DNA of 63,859 bases, filler included, from Chiloscyllium plagiosum (taxonomy: Eukaryota), in assembly GCF_004010195.1 (NCBI RefSeq). It is 3 parts of one record of this genome, joined end to end, with 100 filler letters (N's around TTAATTAATTAA, not from the genome) between each part and the next. Parts side by side here need not be neighbours in the genome. Positions count along the whole stretch, not along the records: positions 31,717 to 60,009 come from NC_057712.1; positions 60,110 to 63,859 come from NC_057712.1; 1 more part is not named here. The stretch is one strand, 5' to 3'. Every line of letters starts with the position of its first letter. The first letter of the stretch is position 1. Position numbers and translations under genes: made by a program. The notes under the pieces are model-generated. The model was given only the letters and a program-made list of their open reading frames with translations, was not told where the DNA came from and made no database searches. Shown here in pieces: positions 50,678-61,669 of the stretch.

Positions 50678-50750
50678 GGGTCAGTGACGGAATTGGTAAC
50701 ATGCCTTTTATGTCGAGTTAGGGGATTGTCGGTTCGCAGTTAAAATCACG
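50678..50750 (+). pseudogene. Probable heavily degraded tRNA-Arg
   Basis: GGGTCAGTGACGGAATTGGTAAC...GGGGATTGTCGGTTCG resembles the 5' end and the variable/T region of tRNA-Arg; the 3' acceptor strand is not recognisable. Confidence 0.4.
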
Positions 50751-53700
50751 AGGATGCAGCGTGCTAGTCCATTCCTGTTGCCTTTCAGGAACGGAAGGGT
50801 TTGGGTTTTCGATTTTACTGTTTCTTTCGTCCACTTTAAATTCTAGCTCAGAGCTAGAATGTCTCTCATTGTTTGTAGAACTGGCTTTGGTTTAACCAAA
50901 AGCTGCCTTTTAACGGTTGAACTTGCATGTTGGAGCGGACAGCTGANNNNNNNNNNNNNNNNNNNNNNNNNNNNNNNNNNNNNNNNNNNNNNNNNNNNNN
51001 NNNNNNNNNNNNNNNNNNNNNNNNNNNNNNNNNNNNNNNNNNNNNNNNNNNNNNNNNNNNNNNNNNNNNNNNNNNNNNNNNNNNNNNNNNNNNNNNNNNN
51101 NNNNNNNNNNNNNNNNNNNNNNNNNNNNNNNNNNNNNNNNNNNNNNNNNNNNNNNNNNNNNNNNNNNNNNNNNNNNNNNNNNNNNNNNNNNNNNNNNNNN
51201 NNNNNNNNNNNNNNNNNNNNNNNNNNNNNNNNNNNNNNNNNNNNNNNNNNNNNNNNNNNNNNNNNNNNNNNNNNNNNNNNNNNNNNNNNNNNNNNNNNNN
51301 NNNNNNNNNNNNNNNNNNNNNNNNNNNNNNNNNNNNNNNNNNNNNNNNNNNNNNNNNNNNNNNNNNNNNNNNNNNNNNNNNNNNNNNNNNNNNNNNNNNN
51401 NNNNNNNNNNNNNNNNNNNNNNNNNNNNNNNNNNNNNNNNNNNNNNGTTGGCGGGGAGTGGGAGCAGTTTTGGGGATGGCCCAGGTGAGTGATGAAGCAG
51501 TCACGGTTGGCTATCCTGACTGAACTTTAACCATGACACGACTGAGATCGATCATGTCAATGGGCACTCCTGGCAAAGGTAAGCCTGGACTCTGGGCAGG
51601 AGTGGCAAGGCAGCTGTGACACAGCCTTGGTCTCTGAGGGCATCAGTGCCATCAAAGCGGGATACCTTCAGGAACAGAAGACCTTGCAGAAGTCCTGAAG
51701 GTGTGCTCGCGATCCTAATTTGAACAGATGATGAACTCTTGTAACTTCGTTTTTTCTTTATTGTCCCACAAAATGGTCTTGGAAAGTGGCTCAAAACACT
51801 TCACTGATTCTTCCGGGGTATATTAAACCGTTCATTCACTATCATCATTTTACATTAATTTAACCCAATCCCACAGTAGGATTTCTATCAGGAACATTGC
51901 TTCTGAGTGGAATACCTGCGTTTGAAGAGGGCAATGATATTCATTCAGTAGCTTTGCTGGGATTTTGTAGCTGTCAATGGAAGGCAAAGCTGAATGAGAC
52001 CTGCCAGTGTTTTACTCAGCCAGCTTCGACACTACATTGGAGAAACTGTGGTTAAAAAATGAATTTATCATGAAATACTGCCTGAAATACAAAGGGTCAA
52101 TAGACCGATGAGGGAAGGGGCCATATTGGACCTGGTATTGGGGTATGAGCAAGGTCAGTTGGTACAAGTTGCAGTGGGGATTTATTTGGGAACAGTGACC
52201 GCAATTCTGTAAGTTTTAGAATACTTGTAGATAAAGGTGAGAGTGGTCCTAAGAGAAGAGTACTAAACTGGGCCAAAGCCAATTATATCAAAATTAGGCA
52301 GGAGCTGGGAAATGTGGATTGGACACAGCTATTTGAAGGGAGGTCCACATTTGATATGTGGGAGGCTTTCAAAGATAGGTTAAAGATAGTGCAGGATAGG
52401 CATGTCCCATTGAAAGCAAAGGATAGGAAAGGCAAGATTCATGAACCATGGATGACAGGAGAAATCGTACGACTAGCTAAGAGGAAAAGGGAAGCGTACA
52501 TAAGGTCCAGGCAGCTAAGAACAGAATGGGCCTTGGAGGAATATCGGAAGAGTAGGACCAGTCTTAAATGAGGAATCAAGTGAACTAAAACGGGTCATGA
52601 AATAGCTTTAGTGAGCAGAATTAAGGAGAATCCCAAAACACCTTATTCTTATACAAGAAGCAAGAGAGTAACTCGAGAAAGGATTGATACTGAAAGAAGG
52701 TTGTGTGTCGAACCTGAGAGAATGGGTGAGATTCTGTATGATTACTTTGCATCAGTGTTCACTGAGGAGGGGGACATGATGAATGTTGAGATTAGAGATA
52801 GAAGTTTGATTAGTCTGGATCACGTTGACATAAGTAGGGAAGATGTGTTGGTTAGGCTAGAGGTTACTAAGGTGGACAAATCCCCAGGACCAGATGGGAT
52901 CTATCCCAGGTTGCTGAGGGAGGTGAGAGAGGAAATAGCTGGGTCCCTGACAGATATCTTTGTAGCATTCTTAAACACAGGTGAGGTGCCGGAGGACTGG
53001 AGGGTTGCTCATGTTGTCCCCCTGTACAAGAAGGGTAGTAGGGATATTCTGGGTAACTACAGACCAGTGAGCCTGACGTCAATGGTGGAAAAGTTGCTGG
53101 AGAAGGTACTGAGGATAGGATCTATTTATATTTAGAAAAGAATGGGCTTATCAGTGATAGGCAACATGATTTTGTGCGGGGGAGATCGTGCCTTACCAAC
53201 TTAATAGAGTTCTTTGAGGAAGTGACCAAGTTGATAGATGAAGGAAGGGCTGTTGATGTCATATACATGGACTTTAGGAAGGCGTTTGATAAGGTTCCCC
53301 GGTGGTAAACTAATGGGCAAGGTGAAGTCACATGGTGTGCAGGGTGTTCTAGCTAGGTGGATAAAGAACTGGTTGAGCAACAGGAGACAGAGAGTAGTAG
53401 TTGAAGAGAGTTTCTCGAAATGGAGAAAGGTGACCAATGGTGTTCCACAGGGGTCAGTGTTGGAGCCATGTTGTTTGTGATATACATAAATGATCTGGAA
53501 GGTATGATCAGTAAGTTTGCAGGTGACACAAAGATTGGTGGAGTAGCAGAATGCATAAGGGACTGTCAGAGAATACAGGAGGATATAGATAGACTGGAGA
53601 GTTGGGCGGAAAAGTGGCAGATGGAGTTCAATCCAGGCAAATGTGAGGTGATGCATTTAGGCAAGACTAATTCTAGAGCGAATTATACAATGAATGGAAG

Positions 53701-53927
53701 AGCCTTGGGAAAGGTTGATGGGCAGAGAGATCTGGGAGTGCAGGTCCAGTGTACCCTGAAGGTTGCTGCACAGGTGGATAGAGTGGTCAAGAAGGCATAT
53801 GATTTGCTTGCCTTCATTGGACGGGGTATAGTATAAGAGCTGGTAAGTCATGTTAAAATTATACAAGACATTGGTTCGGCCGCATTTAGAATACTGTGTA
53901 CAGTTCTGGTTGCCACATTACCAAAAG

Positions 53928-54720
53928 GCTTGCTGAGCTGTAGGTTTGATATCCAGACGTTTCATTACCTGGTTGGGTAACATCATCCGTGGCGACCTCC
54001 AAGTGAAGCGAAGCTGTTGTCTCCTGCTTTCTATTTATATGTTTGTCCTGGATGGGGTTCCTGGGGTTTGTGGTGATGTCATTTCCTGTTTATTTTCTGA
54101 GGGGTTGATAGATGGCATCTAGATCTATGTGTTTGTTTATGGCATTGTGGTTGGAGTGCCAGGCCTCTAGGAATTCTCTGGCATGTCTTTGCTTAGCCTG
54201 TCCCAGGATAGATGTGTTGTCCCAGTCGAAATGGTGTTTTTTTTTTCATCCGTGTGGAGGGCTACGAGGGAGAGAGGGTTGTGTCTTTTTGTGGCTAGCT
54301 GGTGTTCGTGTATCCTGGTGGCTTTCTTCCTGTTTGTCCTACGTAGTGTTTGTGGCAGTCCTTGCTTGGAATTTTGTAGATGACGTCAGTTTTGTCAATG
54401 GGTTGTACTGGGACAACACATCTATCCTGGGACTGGCTAAGCAAAGACATGCCAGAGAATTCCTAGAGGCCTAGCACTCCAACCACAACACCATGAACAA
54501 ACACATAGATCTAGATGCCATCTATCAACCCCTCAGAAAACGAACAGGAAATGACATCACCACAAACCCCAGGAACCCCATCCAGGACAAACATATAAAT
54601 AGAAAGCAGGAGACAACAGCTTCGCTTCACTTGGAGGTCACCACTGATGATGTTACCTAGCCAGGTAATGAAACGTCTGGATATCAAACCTACAGCTTAG
54701 CGAGCAAACCTACACCCTAC
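53928..54720. mobile_element. PLE with ~300-bp inverted arms nested in the CR1
   Basis: 53928-54228 is the reverse complement of ~54405-54705; REFLEA*HSNHNTMNKHIDLDAIYQPL motif; GIY-YIG remnant in the spacer. Confidence 0.9.
54641..54680 (+). ncRNA. Minimal hammerhead ribozyme motif
   Basis: CCA-CTGATGA-TGTTACCTAGCCAGGTAAT-GAAAC-GTC-TGG: stem I CCA/TGG, stem II TTACCT/AGGTAA, GUC cleavage triplet. Confidence 0.8.
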
Positions 54721-55399
54721 GTTAGGTTTATTTTCACTCGAAAAAAGAAGATTGAGAGGGGACCTGATTGAAGTTTACAAAATCATGAAGGGTTTAGACA
54801 GGGTAGATAGAGACAAGCTTTTTCCCAGGGTGAAGGATTCAATCACGAGAGGTCACGCTTTCAAGGTGAGAGGTGGAAAGTTTAAGGGGGATAAACGCGG
54901 TAAGTACTTCACACAGAGGGTGGTGGGTGTCTGGAACCCGTTGCCAGCAGACGCCGTAGAGGCAGGCACGGTAGATTTATTTAAGATGTGTCTGGACAGA
55001 TGCATGAGTAGGTGGGGAGTAGAGGGTTACAGATACTTAGGAATTGGGTGGCAGGTTTAGGCAGTAGATTTGGATTGGCTCAGGCTTAGAGGGGCCGAAG
55101 GTCCTGTTCCTGGGCTGTAAACTTTCTTTATTCTTTGTTCTTTGAAACAGGAGATTCAAAAAGGTGAGAAATCACAGAAGGCAAACCATCAGTTGTGAGT
55201 CACTACTGAATCTTCTGGAGAGCTGTTACCCAGTGACTGTAACCAGGGCTCATTTCAAATTGTTGCTGCCTTTAGGACAGTCATCAGAAGCGATCAGCCA
55301 TTTTAATATTTCACCCTTTCAGACTGCACACACAACAATTAAAGTCAAATTCTGAAGCAAGTGGAGCTGCAAATAAAATAAAAATGGTCAGATGCAGCC

Positions 55400-57855
55400 A
55401 AGATTTAACTTTAAAATACTTTATTTTGTTTAAAATATACATCCGTTCAGTCTTACAAATCGAGAAAATAAAATCAGTAAAAGTTTAACAGTCTTATACA
55501 GAGAGAGATGAATCACTGTGAAATTCTGCAACTCAGATTGTCCTTAAACGATGGCTGAGAAATGTTTCGGAAGCACTCCAATTAATCATTGCATTCTCCA
55601 TATAACTGAGAACAGTACGTATGTAGATAACTGTTAGTCAGAACACTTGGTGAATATTTTCATAATACTGAAAGCCAACTCCTGTTCAGCTCAACTCCAG
55701 AAAACCACCTCCGCTGAGGAAGGTGGAGGTTCTAACAGGACATCTCTCCCCTCAAGTACAGACACAATTTGAGATATATCAACATTATTCTGAAGTTCAT
55801 GAACCATTACACTTCAAAACAATTTGGAGAGAACCATTCTCCATCAACGAGAAGGAAATGAGCCTTCAAGCTTTCTGAGGGCAGTATGTACACACTACAC
55901 TGTAGGTAGAATTTGAGATACAACGTATTTGCATTAAGTAGTCACTTGGTCAATTTCATTTTAAAGCTTTGTCAATCGTGCATGGAAAAGCTGCAGAGAT
56001 CTTGAAAGGTCTGTTTTTGCTTCCCAGATAGCTAAACACAGTGTCACAGCACAAATACACAGCCTGATCAGCAATAAGCAAACTGCAGCATGAGTCTGTC
56101 TCACTCCAAGCCCCTGCACACAGCTGCCTCAGCTGTTTGAGCAATACTTCATCTCAGAGCCATCAAGTCAAACAGTTCTGTGCAAAGTTTTCACTCCACT
56201 ACAAATGATGGTCAAGGATAAACCAGCCCACATTCTGGATTAAATACAAACTTTGTCCATACAGTTTAATCTCAGGCTAAAACTAAAAATATACATCAGT
56301 TCAATTATGGAACAGAATGCAAAACTCCTAAGCAAGACTATGAAGAAGCATTAAAACCAAACATCTCGCCTGTAACTTAAACATGAGATTGTGATGATGG
56401 CAAATTAACACTGAAACTCAACACTTTTACATGTAAAAATGGATTATGAGTTGTCCCACAATTACAACACAGCAAAAACTACACTATAACAAACAATACA
56501 GTGCCAAATGTGGAGTCATGGATTTTCAGAAAAGCACAACCTGTTTCAAGGATCTTCTTGTGGGAAACGAATGAATTCACTGTATAATGTATGGTTATTA
56601 AACCATTCTGATTAACTTTCCAATTCCCATGCTGTTTCCTGATAATCCAGCTGGTGAATTGCATTTCAGTCACTGGGTTAAATGACAGCAGATACCTGGC
56701 AATTATTCATTATTCTGAAACTGTCTCCCATTTCTGAAAGATGCCTGCCATTTCCAGCCAGCTGAACGTTTTCACATTGGGACAGCTAATAAGTGGAAAC
56801 TTGTACAGGGAGCTTCACACGACAGACAGAGGAGGCACACACAGCATGCTGCTACAGTGCACGTAAAAGACACAACACTTCAGAGCAAATCTGAAGCTTC
56901 AAACATGGTACAGTTGAACAATTCATCACTAAACCGCTGTGTCACTGGGACCAGATGGGTCACATGTGAGCCAATTACTTCGAAATGTCCTGAAAAGGAC
57001 ACGTGAACAAATGCAGACAACACTGAACACATGGTAGTCATGAATCTAGGGATTCAGTTATGTCCTGTGTTCCACTCAGGGCAGTCAAAGCTGTGACAGA
57101 TCAGGGGAACACAAAGGCCTCAAGAGTCAGTAAAGGATTTCACAAACACTGGGGAAGAGAATTTCAGCTGGACCCAGAAAACCAGTCACAGCAGCAGCAG
57201 GCTTTCCTCCACTCTCCATCCAGAAAGACACTGCTGCCCATTAGAAGCTGAGAAAATGATTGTGCTTTTAACACAAGCAAACAGAGAGACAGGTATCTGA
57301 CACATCTACCCACTGGTGACAAAACTCCCAAAGCAGCTTGGCGCCTTCAAACCGGCTGCTTTAAAAATGCTGAGAAGACCCAGCCAAAGGTGGCAGGCAG
57401 TGGCTATAGTTTTGATAATAACAGAATAAACTGCACACAAACTGAAGGAACTGCAGATGCTGCAAATCAGAAACAAAAACAAAACTTGCTGGAAAAGCTC
57501 AGCAGGTCCGACAGCATCCAGATTTCTCTGCACAGATAATGCCAGACCTGCTGAGCTTTGCCAGCAATTTGTGACAAAATAAGCTGCCTTGCTTCAAGGC
57601 AGCATGGCTGCTTTTTGACAGGCCTCAGATGGAGCTGTGAACTAGCATTTTCCAAAGACTCTGGTGAGCCAGAGATCATGGAACAGAAAGCAGTCGCCAA
57701 GCCCTCAGAGGTGACTGAGCTAACTGCTCTCGGATAATCCCATCCAAAGGAGAGGTTGGTGAACGCAGAGGTGCCTGTTTGCTAGGCCTTGGGCCTTGAT
57801 TAGTGCCAGGTTTACTGACAGAGAGCTTGGGAACATGGCAAGCCCGGGGGAATAG
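55400..57855 (-). other. Putative 3' UTR with polyadenylation signal AATAAA at 55420-55425
   Basis: About 2.4 kb nearly free of retroelements, in contrast to the flanks; tttatt on + (AATAAA on -) with a U-rich tract downstream on the minus strand. Confidence 0.5.
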
Positions 57856-57921
57856 TTAGAGTAGGTGCTGCTGAAGCAAGGAGTCAGGGAAACTCAGGCA
57901 GGAAGCTTCTGTGGGCTGCAA
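57856..57921 (-). CDS. Coding part of terminal exon of an unidentified gene (LQPTEASCLSFPDSLLQQHLL*)
   Basis: Acceptor ttctttctccatcag|TTG; phase-0 continuation of the 58868-58913 exon; TAA at 57856-57858; followed by long unique UTR-like sequence. Confidence 0.5.
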   Translation of the reverse strand: MQPTEASCLSFPDSLLQQHLL

Positions 57922-58867
57922 CTGATGGAGAAAGAACCAGGGACTGATTAAAGTTCAGGGATTAAGATTGAAAATTCCACAAACTGTGCTATGAAAATAT
58001 TTTACTGTACTCATTAACATGTTACAAACCTGTCTATATTTCCTAAATAAACTGAAATTCACATTAATTTCAGAACTGCCTCTATTAGTGTCTATTTACT
58101 GAGAATTGCTAAATAGTGTTGCATTGGTGACCCTCCTGGAACTGAGCACACCATCGCCTTGTTTGGATTCAATATGACCATGCACCTTGAGACAGCTCTA
58201 CCTGCTTCCTATTGTGCTCTCTGAGCTGGGTTCAGTCAGCTGGGGAATTTTGCAGGGCAGAAGAGGCCATTCAGCCTATTTTGTCTATGATAGCTCTTTA
58301 TAAACAAGGTCCACGCTTCAATCAGTCGACACAGAATACCAACAAAACCAACACTGCACATGAACAGGATTCAATGTGGATCAGAAAAGTTCCCAAATTC
58401 TCCAAGTGAACATGCTGGCAATGATAAAGCTGCTGACAGCAGGAGAACACAGCCAACTCTTGCCTTCGAATGTCACAGCGACCAGCTCCTCAAGTTCAAA
58501 CATATGATGGGAGGGCACTGAGCTTTTCAGGAAAACACTGAACTCAAGACAGAGTGACCCCTGTAAGGATGCTGCCGGAACATTTACCAAGAGATTCCGA
58601 ATCAATATTTCAGGTTGGTACTGACCTTTCATCACAAACCCAAAGGAATTCCAACATTTGCTGTTTTCCAATTCAGCATGTACCTTTGTTATTACTATGT
58701 CAATCAAACCTGAAACTTTATATACATTTACAAACCCTAATGCTCACTTTGATTCACACTCTCCGACAGGAAAATGTCACAACGCATTAAAGGAACAAAC
58801 AGAAGCTGAAAATAACAATACAACCGACCAAGTCAAATTAAATCACGACATGGAAGGGGACGTATAC

Positions 58868-58913
58868 CTGGGCCTGTACAGGCAGTCGCTTCACAGAGTT
58901 AATGGGGAAATGC
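58868..58913 (-). CDS. 46-nt penultimate exon of the same unidentified gene (xHFPINSVKRLPVQAQ)
   Basis: tttttccaaag|GCATTTCCC...GCCCAG|gtatac with an open frame ending in phase 0, compatible with the next exon. Confidence 0.5.
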
Positions 58914-58994
58914 CTTTGGAAAAACAAGATCATCTTAACAAGCACTTCAAAACAAACTCCCAATGGAATAAGGCAGTTACTTGTGGGTCTCCAT

Positions 58995-59153
58995 GGGAGG
59001 GAGTCACTAATCCCGGAGTGGGAACCCCAGGGAGGGAGTCACTAATCCCGGAGTGGAAACCCCAGGGAGGGAGTCACTAATCCCGGAGTGGGAACCCCAG
59101 GGAGGGAGTCACTAATCCCGGAGTGGGAACCCCAGGGAGGGAGTCACTAATCC
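58995..59153. repeat. 35-bp minisatellite, ~4.5 copies
   Basis: Unit gggagggagtcactaatcccggagtgggaacccca. Confidence 0.95.
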
Positions 59154-59694
59154 TGGCTAACACTGGCCACCAACACTCAGCTGCTCCCTCCTTCCAACAT
59201 GAGACTGCCCCAGTGTCAATACTGTGAGCTGAAGTGGTCAGGGGGGTAAGACTGCCCACATGTTTGGAGCTGTCACCCTCAGATTTATTAAACTCAAACA
59301 AATGGATGGTTTCCAGTGTCATGTGCTGATTACACGGAAGGCATCAATAAGATAAACTGGAGAATCTCCCAAACAGCCTGACTTCAATAACCCATCAGGT
59401 TAATCTTAGGAGCTATTATCTGTGAACAAACATAGCTTTCCTTCATCAGGCGTTTCATCATCACAATAACCAACGGGGATTTATACAGGGGAAAATAAAA
59501 CCACAATGGTACCTCTAACTATCTGAGAACTGAACAGGAAACCAATGAAAAGTCATCAGAATGGGAGTGACGGCCAAACGTGGACAGCTGAGAGACAGCC
59601 ATCAGTTAGCACTGGCAGTATGTCACTGTCGAAACAAGTCAACTATTCACAACACGCAAGGGCGAGGGAAACAGACCCCTCCACTGCATAACAA

Positions 59695-60009
59695 ACACAC
59701 ACACACACAACCAGACAGGCAGACACAGAGAGACACCAACACTCCCACAGACAGACACACAACCAGACAGGCAGACACAGAGAGACACCAACACTCCCAC
59801 AGACACACACACAACCAGACAGGCAGACACAGAGAGACACCAACACTCCCACAGACACACACACAACCAGACAGGCAGACACAGAGAGACACCAACACTC
59901 CCACAGACACACACACAACCAGACAGGCAGACACAGAGAGACACCAACACTCCCACAGACAGACACACAACCAGACAGGCAGACACAGAGAGACACCAAC
60001 ACTCTCACA
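59695..60009. repeat. 52-bp CA-rich minisatellite, ~6 copies, running into a gap
   Basis: aaccagacag recurs at 59709, 59761, 59813 and onward. Confidence 0.95.
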
Positions 60010-60109
60010 NNNNNNNNNNNNNNNNNNNNNNNNNNNNNNNNNNNNNNNNNNNNTTAATTAATTAANNNNNNNNNNNNNNNNNNNNNNNNNNNNNNNNNNN
60101 NNNNNNNNN

Positions 60110-60780
60110 CTGGGGACCACTGGAGGAGGCTGAGATGGATCATACACTCGGCACTTCTGACTGAAGATTGCTGTGACAGTTTCAGCCTTCTCCTTTACCC
60201 TGATGTGCTGGGCTCCTCCATCATTGAGGAGGGGGATATTTGTGGAGCCTCCTCTCCCAGTGAGTTGTTGAACTGCCCACCCCCATTCACACCTGGATGT
60301 GGCAGGACTGCAGAGCTTAGATCGGGTATGTTGGTTGTGGGATCCCTTAGCTCTGTCTACCACTTGCTGCTTATGCTGTTTGGCAAGTAATCCTGTTTGG
60401 TACCTTCACCAGGCTGGCACCTCATCCTCAGGTCTGCCTGATGCTGCTCCCAGCATGCCCTCCTGCACTCCCCATTGACTTGAGGTGTATAAGATTGTGA
60501 GGGGTATGGACAGGGTAAATGGAAAGCAGCTGTACCCTTTAGTTGAAGGGCCATAATTTTAACCTGAAAGACAGGAGATTTAGAGGGGATTGGAGGAAAA
60601 CTGCTTTCACCCAGAGAGTCATGCACACCTGGAATACACTGCCTGGGCTGGAAACCTCACAACCTTTAACAAGGACGGGGATGAACACTTCACGTGTCAT
60701 AACATTCAGGACTTTGGGATCTAGTGCTGGAAAGCTGATTAATGCAGGTAGATTGGCAAAGACTGGATGGGCCGAAAGGC
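60110..60780. mobile_element. LINE fragments: second CR1-group family (-, 60110-60480) and a CR1 3' end (+, 60480-60780)
   Basis: 60110-60480 is an inverted homolog of 61740-62070; FTQRVMHTWNTLP motif. Confidence 0.75.
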
Positions 60781-61669
60781 NNNNNNNNNNNNNNNNNNNN
60801 NNNNNNNNNNNNNNNNNNNNNNNNNNNNNNNNNNNNNNNNNNNNNNNNNNNNNNNNNNNNNNNNNNNNNNNNNNNNNNNNNNNNNNNNNNNNNNNNNNNN
60901 NNNNNNNNNNNNNNNNNNNNNNNNNNNNNNNNNNNNNNNNNNNNNNNNNNNNNNNNNNNNNNNNNNNNNNNNNNNNNNNNNNNNNNNNNNNNNNNNNNNN
61001 NNNNNNNNNNNNNNNNNNNNNNNNNNNNNNNNNNNNNNNNNNNNNNNNNNNNNNNNNNNNNNNNNNNNNNNNNNNNNNNNNNNNNNNNNNNNNNNNNNNN
61101 NNNNNNNNNNNNNNNNNNNNNNNNNNNNNNNNNNNNNNNNNNNNNNNNNNNNNNNNNNNNNNNNNNNNNNNNNNNNNNNNNNNNNNNNNNNNNNNNNNNN
61201 NNNNNNNNNNNNNNNNNNNNNNNNNNNNNNNNNNNNNNNNNNNNNNNNNNNNNNNNNNNNNNNNNNNNNNNNNNNNNNNNTCTAGTTGCCCAGTGCAAAC
61301 CCACAGTTCACCTCAGATTCTGGACAAACCTTTGGAGCTCCGATCGCCTGGGACAGCTCCGTCTGCAGCTGATCTAAGGCACTCTGGAAATCCTCCCATA
61401 GAATCGTCACTCCCGCCATGCATAAATCCAACTCTCGCTCCATACTCAGGACAGCTCCTGGAAAACTGGAAATACAAGAGGGACACAGACATTCAATCTG
61501 GGCAGATTGCTTTTCATTGTTTCATGAGATGTGGTGTCGCTGACCAGAATATAGGGCCCATCCCTAACTGCACTGAAACTGACTGGCTCAGAGTTGACAA
61601 CGTTCCCGTGGGTCTGAAGTCACATGTAGGTCAGACCAGGGAAGGGTGACAGATTTCCTTCCCACTATG

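Larger units (their letters stand above)
52095..55145 (+). mobile_element. CR1 LINE ORF2, same family as 37940-41400 but less decayed
   Basis: KVDKSPGPDGIYPRLLRE, NYRPVSLTS, YINDLE..SKFAGDTKIGG, RGDLIEVYKIMKG. Confidence 0.95.

Noticed and set aside
58381..59080. 108-aa (-) and 140-aa (+) ORFs in unique sequence
   Set aside because: No recognisable domain; the + ORF runs into the minisatellite, and the region is better explained as intron around the 46-nt exon.
58995..59153. 35-bp repeats resembling a CRISPR array
   Set aside because: Units are contiguous with no unique spacers, the context is vertebrate, and there are no cas genes.
59561..60061. Cys/Val-rich and Thr/Gln-rich repetitive ORFs on both strands
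   Set aside because: They are translations of the 52-bp CA-rich minisatellite.
60543..61649. 368-aa ORF and other long ORFs across gaps (also 50859-51523)
   Set aside because: Their length comes from runs of N.
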